DNA of 31,441 bases from IMG/VR virus record IMGVR_UViG_3300032216_001307, positions 1-31,441 of that record. The stretch is one strand, 5' to 3'. The DNA comes from a virus (taxonomy: Duplodnaviria > Caudoviricetes). Every line of letters starts with the position of its first letter. Position 1 is the stretch's first letter. Under the pieces are notes generated by a model. It worked only from the letters and a program-made list of their open reading frames with translations, had not been told where the DNA came from and did not search any database. Both the position numbers and the translations under genes were made by a program. Below are positions 15,329 through 24,518 of the stretch, piece after piece.

Positions 15329-16003
15329 TTAGGCTCCGAATTTTACGCGGCCCGAGAGCTTGGATGTTCCGCCCAACTTGACATAGCCGAGAACCGGCGG
15401 TGCGGGAACCCAAACGCCGTCCACGACTTCGCCGCCTGCGCGGTTATTGTAGAGTTCAGCGACTTCTGCGTCAGAGAGTGCTCTGTTCCAGATGCCCACT
15501 GCGTCTACAGATCCAATGAAATTTTCATTACCTGTTCCCCCGATGTTGATAGTTGGATATCCAAGTCCGTTAGATGCTACAGCATTTAAGGCTCCATTAA
15601 AATACACTTTCAAATAACCCGCTTCAGCAACTAATGTTAAATAAACCCAAGAATTATCTGGAGTATAATTATTAACAAACAGTTGTGGCATGGACGAAAA
15701 ATCGTTAACGAATAGTTGAGAGCTTCTGGGGTCAAAGCCAATGTTGAGTCCATTTCCGCCGATAATGGTTTGCCAAGCAGAAATATCGTTTGATTTGATC
15801 CAAAGAGAAATGCTTCCGCTTTGAGACATATCCAAAGAAACGTCTGAACTAAAATAATTACTCCCATCAAACAGGCCAGCATTCCCAATTTTGCCAGAAG
15901 CAAAAGTAACATTGCCGTTGTTGGTGAGGGTGCGGTTGTTGCCGGAGGAGTCGGAGAGGTCGTCGAGACGGTAGAAAGCGAGAAGGTTGTCGGTTAGTGC
16001 CAT
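15329..16003 (-). CDS. LamG/concanavalin A-like receptor-binding protein
   Basis: FYRLD..DSSGN...SISLWIK...W.YL....VYFNG...FIGSVDAVGIWNRALSDAEVAELY. Confidence 0.88.
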   Translation of the reverse strand: MALTDNLLAFYRLDDLSDSSGNNRTLTNNGNVTFASGKIGNAGLFDGSNYFSSDVSLDMSQSGSISLWIKSNDISAWQTIIGGNGLNIGFDPRSSQLFVNDFSSMPQLFVNNYTPDNSWVYLTLVAEAGYLKVYFNGALNAVASNGLGYPTINIGGTGNENFIGSVDAVGIWNRALSDAEVAELYNNRAGGEVVDGVWVPAPPVLGYVKLGGTSKLSGRVKFGA

Positions 16004-16034
16004 AAAAAGATTTGTTTGAGAGTTTTAAATTTTT

Positions 16035-16080
16035 CGCAACGCTTGACGCCGGTGGGTGCGTAGCCCACCGGCGCGTTGCG
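16035..16080. other. strong intergenic stem-loop
   Basis: CGCCGGTGGG/CCCACCGGCG inner stem plus CGCAACGC/GCGTTGCG outer stem; no U tract on the coding strand. Confidence 0.6.
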
Positions 16081-16088
16081 GTTAAGGG

Positions 16089-17375
16089 TTAGGCTGTGAT
16101 GCTTTCGACCCAGGAGCCAGTGATGCTGATGTAGCGGCGAAAGTCGGTGGTATCGAGCCACTCCCTCCCGTCGATGTGCTCAGGCGCGGTGTCGGAGACG
16201 ACGAGCTTGATTTGCTTGGTCTCTTCGAGATTTTGCACCGCTGCGGCGCGGTCGCTGATCTCTGTGTCAAGAGCAGATTGCACGCCGGAGACGGCGGTAT
16301 CGAGCTGGCTTTTATTTACTGCATCATTGGCATCCACGCCGTCGGCGAGACCTTTGATGCGGTTGTTCAGCATGTCGATGTTGCCATTGACTGTGAGCTT
16401 CTCTGTAGGAGCCTCTGTGCCGATGCCGACTTTGCCGTCGTTGCCGACGAAGAGATCGGCGGTCGCGCCTGTGCCGACTTCCATGCTCTGCGCATTCAGC
16501 GTGACACCGGTGATGGTGCCGCCGCTGATGTTTACGTTGTTCGCATTTTGCGAGGCGATGGTGCCGAGGCTGTCACGGACGCTTTGCACGTCGCTCTGGC
16601 GATCGCTGATCTCGGTATCGATGCGACCATCGACGCGAGAGACTTCGCCCTGGCGGTCGCTGATTTCGGTGTCCACGCGGCCATCGAGGCGGGAGACCTC
16701 GGATTGGCGGTCGGAAACCTCAGTATCGATCGCGCTGAAGGCTGCGGTGACTTGCGCTTGGAGCTTGCCAAAGGCCGAGAGGACAGAGTCTCCAGCGCTG
16801 ATGGCGGCGTTTGCGGCGAAGCTGATGCCAGTCAGGACGGCATCACGGACGCGACCTGGGATCGAGTCGGTGAGAGTGCTGAGATCTGAGGCAATCTGAT
16901 CCTCCGCGCCTTGAGCGCGGGAGATTTCCGAGTCCAGATCACTGCGCAACGAGTCATCGGCTGCGATGCGTGCATCACGCTCTTCACCAAGTGCGGAGCT
17001 TGCCGAAGTGCCGAGGGCTACGATGGCGTCGGCCAGTTCGCCCTTGTCGGCGGTGAGCTTGGAAAGAACCTCTGTAAAAGAGTCAATTTTGACGGGGTCG
17101 AGGTTCTCGAGCACGTTGTCCACCCGAGTGTCGAGGCGGCTGATCTCACTCTCACGAGTGGAGACCTCACTTGCAAGATCGCTCTCGAGCGTGGTGACGG
17201 CTGGTGCCGAGGCTACGCGAGCGTTGGTGAAATAGAGGTTCGTGGTGCCCTCTGCGATGTTGTCGGTCGTGCGAGGCTGGAGCTGCCAGGCTACGCCGTT
17301 ATATTTCCAGCTGCGATCGCCGGATGTGAAGATATCGTTGACCGCCGGATTCGACGGGAAGTTTAATGCTGCCAT
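16089..17375 (-). CDS. tail fibre protein with coiled-coil repeats
   Basis: EGTTNLYFTNARV, DSVLSAFGKLQ, 18-aa DTEISDRQ.EVSR.DGR repeats, GKVGIGT, YadA-like DAVNKSQL. Confidence 0.8.
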   Translation of the reverse strand: MAALNFPSNPAVNDIFTSGDRSWKYNGVAWQLQPRTTDNIAEGTTNLYFTNARVASAPAVTTLESDLASEVSTRESEISRLDTRVDNVLENLDPVKIDSFTEVLSKLTADKGELADAIVALGTSASSALGEERDARIAADDSLRSDLDSEISRAQGAEDQIASDLSTLTDSIPGRVRDAVLTGISFAANAAISAGDSVLSAFGKLQAQVTAAFSAIDTEVSDRQSEVSRLDGRVDTEISDRQGEVSRVDGRIDTEISDRQSDVQSVRDSLGTIASQNANNVNISGGTITGVTLNAQSMEVGTGATADLFVGNDGKVGIGTEAPTEKLTVNGNIDMLNNRIKGLADGVDANDAVNKSQLDTAVSGVQSALDTEISDRAAAVQNLEETKQIKLVVSDTAPEHIDGREWLDTTDFRRYISITGSWVESITA

Positions 17376-17400
17376 AGTGGTGGTTTTTTTGTTGGTTGGG

Positions 17401-18141
17401 TTATACTGCGGTTTGGATCCATGCGCCTGCGACGTAGTCGTAGGCGATGAAAGTGGTGCTATCGACCCACCGGTCTCCTTCTTGCGGATCTGCGGGAGGG
17501 GTCAGGGAATTGAAGACGCTGTCGCGCGAGATTTTCTCGTAGACGCTGCCGGTCCAGGCGTAGGCCACGGCTCCGACCATGTAGATTTTGCCAGTCTCTC
17601 CGGTGGGCGGGAACTCGCTAACAGCAGCAAAATTTTGCACGTCGTCTCGATTGTTGATCAGCTCCGAGACGAGCAGCGGCGTCATCCAGTGAGAGTTGTT
17701 TGTGCCGGCGATGGCCTCTTCAAATGTGGCTCTGCCAGTCGGCACGGACTCTGGCTGGCCCTCGTTGAGCAGGATGACGCTGTTCTGGATCTCGACTTGC
17801 AGCGTGGTCGTTCGGATGGTCTCGCCAGGTCGGAAAATAACAAGCTCGAGATAGGCGTCCACGCTGGCCGTGCTGCCGATGAAGAGGTCTTCGACTTCTT
17901 GGGTGAAAAGATCAAGCGTGCCGTTATTTGCAACGGCGATGAAATTCGTGTTTGAGAAGCTGGCTTTTAGCGCCAGCTTTGCGTAGGTGCCGGGTGGCGT
18001 GAAGACCGGCGCTCCGCGCTCGAGGTAGACGATCTCGATTGGCATCTTGTCTCGGCGTTTGAGAAACAAAGTTGGCAGCGCCACGGTGCTTGTTGCGCTG
18101 CGAACGAACCGCCGGGTGTTGAGATCAACGAAGAGTTTCAT
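17401..18141 (-). CDS. tail fibre/baseplate protein, paralog of the next gene
   Basis: shared KRRD N-terminal domain; AT.EEAIAGT.N..WMTPL; FP.TGE.GKIY. Confidence 0.75.
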   Translation of the reverse strand: MKLFVDLNTRRFVRSATSTVALPTLFLKRRDKMPIEIVYLERGAPVFTPPGTYAKLALKASFSNTNFIAVANNGTLDLFTQEVEDLFIGSTASVDAYLELVIFRPGETIRTTTLQVEIQNSVILLNEGQPESVPTGRATFEEAIAGTNNSHWMTPLLVSELINNRDDVQNFAAVSEFPPTGETGKIYMVGAVAYAWTGSVYEKISRDSVFNSLTPPADPQEGDRWVDSTTFIAYDYVAGAWIQTAV

Positions 18142-18174
18142 GCCGCTACGAAAGCGGTAGCGTTGTCAAATTTC

Positions 18175-19437
18175 TCACGCGGCAACCCACGAGATCACGC
18201 CGTCCACGCATTGGAGCGAGAATGTGCCAGAGTCGGGAGGTGTTGGGACTCTGAGATCAAGATCGACTTTGCGCACAGCGTCGGTATCGCTTACTGGCGC
18301 TCGCAGGTTTTTGACCGCACCGCCAAGCATGTCGAGATTGCCAGCGATCGTGAGCCGCTCAGTCGGATCTTCAGTGCCGATGCCAATCTTTCCGCTGCTT
18401 CCCATGTAGAGATCGGCGGTCGATGAAACCGTTGCATCGCTAGGGCCAATTTTGATCCAATCCTCTCCGCTCACTGCAACGAAAATTGCGTTGTTTTCAT
18501 CCTCGGGTCCATTGACCGTGAGCGTGCCGGTGAGCGTTGGGTCGGTGGCGGATGCTGCGCCGATTGCCGTGCGAAAGTTGGCTGCGACATTGCTGTTTTC
18601 TGTGTATGGTCCAAAAGATACATTGCCGTCTGATATTAGTAACGCGGGTGCGTCATTTACGGTGTCCCAAAGCTGAATTGCTTGATCGACGACTCCTTGA
18701 GATGGATCGGGGTCTTGGAAAGCCGATCGTGACATGACTCTGGCCGCCCCGATATCGGCAGGTGTGAGCGCATCTGCGCCGCCAATGGCGTGGGTGGACT
18801 TGTGTGCTGTAGGTGTGCGGGAGTCCGTAAGCCGTGGGTCGGTAGTCACCACGGCAGTTCCGGTGATTGCTGTTGGCGCAATGCCGGTCGCAGGCGCGTA
18901 GGAACTGGCGGCTTGTGTAATGGCCTGCTTAGTCCGCAGCGGAGTCATCCACTTCGTGTTGTCGGTGCCTGCTTGAGCTTCGGTCTGCGTTGCCTTGCCG
19001 TCGGGAATTGCGGCGGGTGTGGCCTCGTCTCCACGGATGACATCGTTGTGCAAGGTGACAGGGAGCGTGATGCTGCTGTTCACCGTGTCTCCATCGCGGG
19101 CTTCGATTTCCAGCATGGCGGCAATGGATTTTGGTTCTAAATCGAACGCCTGGGCAATCGGCACCGTGTTCAGATTGACCGAGGCTGTGAAAAGCGCGGC
19201 TTCACCGCTTCCGGTCTTAACAAAAGAGCCTACCGAAAAAAAACCTGCTCCGTATTGATCGACGGGCTTGAGGCCGTATTGCACAGTCGTTCCCGAAGAG
19301 ACGGGAACAACGATGCCACCTCGCACAAATTGCAGCTCGAGCGAGTCGTTGTCGCGGCGTTTAAATTCAAGAGTCCGAATCGGGCGGTTCGGAGTGGAAA
19401 GTATGAGCCGAGAGTCAAGGTCGAGATAAATGCGCAT
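18175..19437 (-). CDS. tail fibre protein
   Basis: KRRD domain, ATQTEAQAGTDNTKWMTPL, DPRLTDSRTPTAH, GKIGIGT, DAVRK. Confidence 0.8.
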   Translation of the reverse strand: MRIYLDLDSRLILSTPNRPIRTLEFKRRDNDSLELQFVRGGIVVPVSSGTTVQYGLKPVDQYGAGFFSVGSFVKTGSGEAALFTASVNLNTVPIAQAFDLEPKSIAAMLEIEARDGDTVNSSITLPVTLHNDVIRGDEATPAAIPDGKATQTEAQAGTDNTKWMTPLRTKQAITQAASSYAPATGIAPTAITGTAVVTTDPRLTDSRTPTAHKSTHAIGGADALTPADIGAARVMSRSAFQDPDPSQGVVDQAIQLWDTVNDAPALLISDGNVSFGPYTENSNVAANFRTAIGAASATDPTLTGTLTVNGPEDENNAIFVAVSGEDWIKIGPSDATVSSTADLYMGSSGKIGIGTEDPTERLTIAGNLDMLGGAVKNLRAPVSDTDAVRKVDLDLRVPTPPDSGTFSLQCVDGVISWVAA

Positions 19438-19460
19438 AGCGGTCTGCTTCCGCCGCTATG

Positions 19461-19694
19461 TCAAATCTTACTTGAGATGTAGTTTTTGGCCGAGTCACAA
19501 CAGCCGGAGACGCGAGCGACTGTGGCGGGGTGGGAGCGTTCAGAGCGGGTGGCGAGTTGCGCGGCAAACTCGGGCGTGTTCTCGCCGCGCTCCACACACA
19601 AGCGGCATGTGCCGTGGCTGGGCTTTCCGCCGTAGAGTCCGAGTGCACAGGCGTTGTATTCGCGGAAGGTGGAGGTTGTGTGTGGGCATGTCAT
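19461..19694 (-). CDS. small Cys-rich protein
   Basis: MTCPH...CALG..GG.PS.G.C..C...GCC; ATGA coupled. Confidence 0.7.
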   Translation of the reverse strand: MTCPHTTSTFREYNACALGLYGGKPSHGTCRLCVERGENTPEFAAQLATRSERSHPATVARVSGCCDSAKNYISSKI

Positions 19695-20350
19695 GAGACA
19701 GAACCAAACGAATAATTTCCAACTGGGGTATTTATGCCATCGCCCCCCTCCGCGTAAGGCCACTTTTCGACGCCCACAATATTAAAAACAGTGCAAGGTT
19801 CAAATTCCGGAGGCAACCCATAATTAGTCCATGTGATATGCCAAAAGTCGGCATCATTGAAATATTGTAATTCTACCCTGTTCCCGCAAGTGTCCAACCC
19901 AGTCCAGAGACAAAGGCCCTGTCTTGTAACAATAACCGGCCCACCTGGAGGGCCTGTCACCGTGTAGCTGTTTGCAAATTGGTCTTTTAATAAAAAGTTG
20001 TCAGTAAATTCTCCTGGAAATAAACATTTTCCAGTAAAAACAAATTCCTCGAAAAATGGTGAATATGCTGCCCAAAGACCATTGACTACTGCTAAGCGTT
20101 CAATAAAAAAAATACCCGATCCTGTATAAATGTATTCTGCGCCGGATTTTTGCAGAACGCCAGCAAGTTGGCCTTCATTGTTATCCCATATACCAACTTG
20201 ATCCGGCAAATCAGCCGCCGAATAAAGCCCAGCCAACAAAGCTTGCGCCGGATACATACAACATCCCGTCGGCTGCTCACAGCACCCGCACGACACTTTG
20301 CCGTTCTTGAGTATGATCGCTCCGCTGGCCTTGCGCTTAACGGTCGGCAT
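19691..20350 (-). CDS. putative tail-tip protein with CxCC...CC N-terminus and variable body
   Basis: VSCGCCEQPTGCC; AT-richer body. Confidence 0.65.
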   Translation of the reverse strand: MPTVKRKASGAIILKNGKVSCGCCEQPTGCCMYPAQALLAGLYSAADLPDQVGIWDNNEGQLAGVLQKSGAEYIYTGSGIFFIERLAVVNGLWAAYSPFFEEFVFTGKCLFPGEFTDNFLLKDQFANSYTVTGPPGGPVIVTRQGLCLWTGLDTCGNRVELQYFNDADFWHITWTNYGLPPEFEPCTVFNIVGVEKWPYAEGGDGINTPVGNYSFGSVS

Positions 20351-20353
20351 GTC

Positions 20354-20752
20354 TCAACACTCCTCCGTGGCTATCCAAGTCAGCACGCCAGCCACTGCGC
20401 CGAGGACGTGAGTGCCGGCGGTGGGTGGCGCTGTAAACGGAACCCATCCGCCTTCTTTGGCGACAAGAATCTGACCATCCGTGGCTCCTTTTCCAAAAGC
20501 CTCCCATGCGTTGGCATCCGCATTCCAGCGCAACAACTCGTTGTTCACGGTGCCGACTGCAAATTTAAACCTGCGCTGCGGGTGCCCGCCAGCCCCGGTG
20601 ATGGATTCGATCAGCGACTCATCAACATCGAGCGTCGCAAAGACGAAGTTTTTATCGAGGTCGGACGCCTTGAGTTGGTAGGGGTAGCCTCCGGCTGCTG
20701 GGTTGCCGGCAGTCTGAGCCATCGTTTGAAAACTCACCGGCGGGGTGCTCAT
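20354..20752 (-). CDS. minor tail protein
   Basis: position in tail module; fibre-type DGQILV..GGW and C-terminal P..GT.VL..V.G motif. Confidence 0.65.
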   Translation of the reverse strand: MSTPPVSFQTMAQTAGNPAAGGYPYQLKASDLDKNFVFATLDVDESLIESITGAGGHPQRRFKFAVGTVNNELLRWNADANAWEAFGKGATDGQILVAKEGGWVPFTAPPTAGTHVLGAVAGVLTWIATEEC

Positions 20753-21345
20753 ACATTAAAGCTGCCAAGATTCATGTAGGCGCTTAATTCGTAGGCCGCT
20801 TCTGTCTCGGTCACGCTGCCATATTTGTTTTGCTTCACCATAGACAGATACTGACTCAGAACTGGTGTGCCAGTGACCAATCCGTTTCCCTGAACTGGGA
20901 TTTCAAAAGTGGTCGGAGATACGATCGCCAGAGGCCGTGAAAGCGTCGGAATCGTGTCGCCCATTTTTTTCACCCAGCCGGACTCAATGACTACGGGCAG
21001 GGGGACAGTCACACTCTCAATACTTCCGTCGGAAAAGTTCAAAAAGTAACCAACGCGCATGGAATAAAGCGAGATGTTGAAAGTCTCTTCAGATTTTGTG
21101 GCATCGTAAACGCGGTATGCCGTGGCGTTTATTTTTTCAAACCCGCTCGTGTCTTTGCTGACCGTCGGAGTGGGATAAATAGTGGCGATGCCAGCGCTGG
21201 TCTGAATGCTTGTCGGAAGCGCTTGGTTTCCGACAGGCCGGATATATTCGGCAGAGACGCTGAGAAGGCCGGACAGGTGCTTGGTCTCCGTGAGGCTTTG
21301 CAAAACAGGCCAGCCGGTATTGCTTTTGTAAATTGTGAAGCTCAT
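20749..21345 (-). CDS. minor tail protein (distal-tail position)
   Basis: beta-rich 198 aa ORF right after the tape measure gene. Confidence 0.6.
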   Translation of the reverse strand: MSFTIYKSNTGWPVLQSLTETKHLSGLLSVSAEYIRPVGNQALPTSIQTSAGIATIYPTPTVSKDTSGFEKINATAYRVYDATKSEETFNISLYSMRVGYFLNFSDGSIESVTVPLPVVIESGWVKKMGDTIPTLSRPLAIVSPTTFEIPVQGNGLVTGTPVLSQYLSMVKQNKYGSVTETEAAYELSAYMNLGSFNV

Positions 21346-21348
21346 GGA

Positions 21349-24300
21349 TTAAGCAGCAGAGAGTGAGACGATTGGCAGGCGGTCGCGGATTGTTAGGATG
21401 ATGTCGGTCCAGTCGTTAAGGATCGTGGTGATACTGCTTACATCGGCTTTTGCGTCTCCACCTGCCCCGCCTTGTCCACCCTGCCCGCCGGTGCCGCCAG
21501 AACCTCCGGTGCCGCCTTCGCCGCCGGTAAAGCTGTTGGAGATGTCCGCCTGCATGCTGGCTACGGCGGCCTGCACCTGGTTCGAGTCGATCTGCAGAGA
21601 GATCGGGTCGGAGAGGGTGGCTACCTTGGCCGCTGCTGGTGCGGTGTCAGCATCGAGCTTGAAGGTCTGGGCGCTGCCAAGGGAGGCGACTTGCGTCTGC
21701 GCGCTGGCTGTGTCAGCACTGAGCGTGAATGTCTGTGGATCTGCGAGGGAGGAGACATCCGTTTGCGCGGTGGAGGTATCGGCGTTCACACCAACCGTCA
21801 CAGGCGCATCAAAAGCGCTGTTGACGGTGCTGTAGACATCGTTTGCAGCTTGCGAGCCGCTCATGGTCAATGCAATCGGGTTTGCAAAGTTTGTCTCGGC
21901 AGCAGCGCGCACATCTTGGATCGTGCGGTCTCCGTCGAGATTGAATGCAATCGGCGCGGCGAAGTTTCCCTCTGCCGACGTGCGCACAGCCGCAATGCTC
22001 TGGTCGCCGTTGAGGTTCAGTGGAACCGGGTTTGCAAATGTCGAGTTGGCTGTGTCGTAGAGGCTCGTGACAGAGGCAGCAAAAAGAGCCGAGTTGAATT
22101 TGTAACCAATCGTGATCTCCTGCTTCCCGATTTTTTCAATCTCCTGCTGCACCTCCAGAAGAAGGCGCTTAGGGCTTTTCTCTTCCGTGTCGAGTCCGAG
22201 GCTGGATGCTATGGTTTTGATTCCTGCTCCGCTATTGGCCAGTTTCTCGTATTCTCCACCTAAATCTTTGAGGTTTTGTTGAGCTTCTTTGAACCCTTTA
22301 CTGAAATCAGCCTGCGACATCTCCCTCGCCCCACGGGTCAGAGCGGCTTCTGCTGCCAGCGTGCTTTTTTCTGCCTCGTAGGCACTGCCGAGAATCTTGC
22401 TCCAAGACGCCTCCGCTTTTGCTGAGGAATCTCGCGCGTTATCAATCGCCTTTTCCGATACGGCGGCATTGCTCGCAGCGGCAGCAAAGTTGTTTGCCAC
22501 GGCCACCGAGTTGCTGGCCGCTCCGCCAATGTTGTTATTAGCGGAGCCAGCATTAGTCGCCGTGGTCTCAAAATTTTCTCGGGTTGTTTTGCCTGACTTT
22601 TCAAGCTCGGTGAGCTTATCTTTCATCCGCGCGGTCGACTGCTCTGCTCCAAAGAAGTCTTCTTTGAAAACCGTAGTTTTTTCGGCGGCCTTGCCAAACT
22701 CCTCCACCACCTTGGCGGCAGCGGCCTCGGTCTTGCCAATGTTGGCGAGCTGCTGGGCGATGATGCCTTCGTTCACGCTGCTCAGCGCGTCGAACATCTT
22801 GCTGGCCATGCCTTCAAAACCGGGCAGCGTGCTCAGGCCCTCGGAAAATGTCATGAGCGCTTCGATAAGGTAGCGGTTAAAAGTCAGTGTCGAGTCCACC
22901 AGACCGCTTGTCACATAGGCTGTGATTGCGCTTGGCAGGTTGGTCTCAAAGGACTTCATGAGGAAGTCGGTGAAAGTCAGCGCAGCATTCACAAGGCCAT
23001 TGCCGAGGCTTTTGTATCCTGCTTCGTAGGCCAGTTGCCACGCCTCGATTGCGCCAAGCGGATTTTTAAAGGCTCCAATAAGCGTGTCGGCAATGTTGCG
23101 GATGGTATTCATTGCCGCTTGCCCCCAGCCTGCGGCATCGATGCCACCCAGAGCGTTGGTAAATGTCGTGAGCGCTGGCAGTGCCTGCTCGAGAAAGCCA
23201 GCGGCAAACTCCATGATTTTGGAGTTGATGGCTGCCATGCTGTCACCGGTTGCGTCGAATGCTGCGGCAGAACGATCCATCACGCCAGGCATGCCGCCGA
23301 GCTGGTCGCGTGCGCCCTTCAACTCTCCGCTGAAATTGTTCAAGATTGGCAGCAACTCGCCGCCTGATTTGCCGAAGATCGACATCGCCGCCTCAGCCCG
23401 CTGTGCCGGATCTTGAATGCTGGAAATGCGTTGAGCAAATACGGCCATCTGCTCAGTCGGTGTCTTGCCTGCGAGGTCGCCCATGGTGACGCCAAGCCTC
23501 TGCATGGATTCGGACTGAGCGGCCCCACCCTGTGCGGCATCGGTCATGAACTTCTGCATCTTGTTCATGCTTGTTCCAACTGAGTCTGCCGATACACCCG
23601 TATTCGTAAACGCACGCTCGAGCACCAGAAGATTGCCGGCCGATTCTCCGGTGCGGGATGAAAGATCGGTGAGCCTGCCGCCAAGGTCGATAGCCTGGCC
23701 GAACCCATCAGCCACCGCGCGCGCTGCATCCATCGCCCCCTCGGCAAGCGCCATGCCTGCTTTTACCGCTACACCTGCCACGCCAGCGGCTAGACCGATC
23801 TTTCCGAGAGACATCGAGCTTTTCTCACCGGCATTGTTGCCGCGATTACCCATCTTTTCGAGGTCTTTGCCAAGCTCGTCGACTTTTGGCGAAGTTCCTT
23901 TGGCCTCATCGCCCATGGCTTTAAGCTTCTTCTCGGTAGCTTCAAGCTGACCGATGCGCTTCATTGTGTTCTCTAATTGTTCAGAGGTAAGCGTAGCAGT
24001 TTTTGCATGTTCACGAAGTTCTGTAAGCTCATTGCCGATGCTTGCCAGACGCTTTTCTGTGGTCATGGCAATGTCGCCAGTCCCATAGATCACATTTTGA
24101 AATTGTTTTACCGGCTCTTCGACTTTTTGAAATTCTGAACGAACATCCAGAACCTGCTTTTCAAGCCTCTTGAGCGATGAAAGATCCGCGACAGCGGATT
24201 TCATCTCGGTGATTGAGAGGTTTCCGCCGTTGATCTTTTCTTCTAATTTTTTGATCTCGCCGCCGATGTCTTCAATTTTAGGCGTTGCCTTTGCGAGTTC

Positions 24301-24516
24301 TCCGGTAAGCCCGCTTGCCTCAGTCGCCATGGATTTGAGGCGTTTCTCAAAGCCATCAAGTTGCGCCATCTTGCGCATTGTTTTTTCCAAATCCTCACCA
24401 GTAACACCAGTCTCTGTGATGTTGCTTTTGAGATCGGCCATCTGCGCTTGCACGGCCTTGAGCGTTTTCTCAAGACCGACATCTTGCGCGCCGAATTCTA
24501 CTGAGACATCAGCCAT
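21349..24516 (-). CDS. tail tape measure protein
   Basis: 1055 aa, Ala/Gly-rich and helical; LTDLSSRTG, AMSIFGKSGGELLP. Confidence 0.9.
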   Translation of the reverse strand: MADVSVEFGAQDVGLEKTLKAVQAQMADLKSNITETGVTGEDLEKTMRKMAQLDGFEKRLKSMATEASGLTGELAKATPKIEDIGGEIKKLEEKINGGNLSITEMKSAVADLSSLKRLEKQVLDVRSEFQKVEEPVKQFQNVIYGTGDIAMTTEKRLASIGNELTELREHAKTATLTSEQLENTMKRIGQLEATEKKLKAMGDEAKGTSPKVDELGKDLEKMGNRGNNAGEKSSMSLGKIGLAAGVAGVAVKAGMALAEGAMDAARAVADGFGQAIDLGGRLTDLSSRTGESAGNLLVLERAFTNTGVSADSVGTSMNKMQKFMTDAAQGGAAQSESMQRLGVTMGDLAGKTPTEQMAVFAQRISSIQDPAQRAEAAMSIFGKSGGELLPILNNFSGELKGARDQLGGMPGVMDRSAAAFDATGDSMAAINSKIMEFAAGFLEQALPALTTFTNALGGIDAAGWGQAAMNTIRNIADTLIGAFKNPLGAIEAWQLAYEAGYKSLGNGLVNAALTFTDFLMKSFETNLPSAITAYVTSGLVDSTLTFNRYLIEALMTFSEGLSTLPGFEGMASKMFDALSSVNEGIIAQQLANIGKTEAAAAKVVEEFGKAAEKTTVFKEDFFGAEQSTARMKDKLTELEKSGKTTRENFETTATNAGSANNNIGGAASNSVAVANNFAAAASNAAVSEKAIDNARDSSAKAEASWSKILGSAYEAEKSTLAAEAALTRGAREMSQADFSKGFKEAQQNLKDLGGEYEKLANSGAGIKTIASSLGLDTEEKSPKRLLLEVQQEIEKIGKQEITIGYKFNSALFAASVTSLYDTANSTFANPVPLNLNGDQSIAAVRTSAEGNFAAPIAFNLDGDRTIQDVRAAAETNFANPIALTMSGSQAANDVYSTVNSAFDAPVTVGVNADTSTAQTDVSSLADPQTFTLSADTASAQTQVASLGSAQTFKLDADTAPAAAKVATLSDPISLQIDSNQVQAAVASMQADISNSFTGGEGGTGGSGGTGGQGGQGGAGGDAKADVSSITTILNDWTDIILTIRDRLPIVSLSAA

Positions 24517-24518
24517 GG

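Noticed and set aside
15027-15413. N-terminal extension of ORF 14661-15413
   Set aside because: Overlaps better genes; the signal peptide starts at ATG 15026
16590-16730. Roughly 54-bp tandem repeats as a non-coding array
   Set aside because: They encode the 18-aa coiled-coil repeats of the fibre protein
15023-20350. Diversity-generating retroelement acting on fibre genes
   Set aside because: No reverse transcriptase, and I saw no near-identical TR/VR pair differing at adenines; similarities are at protein level
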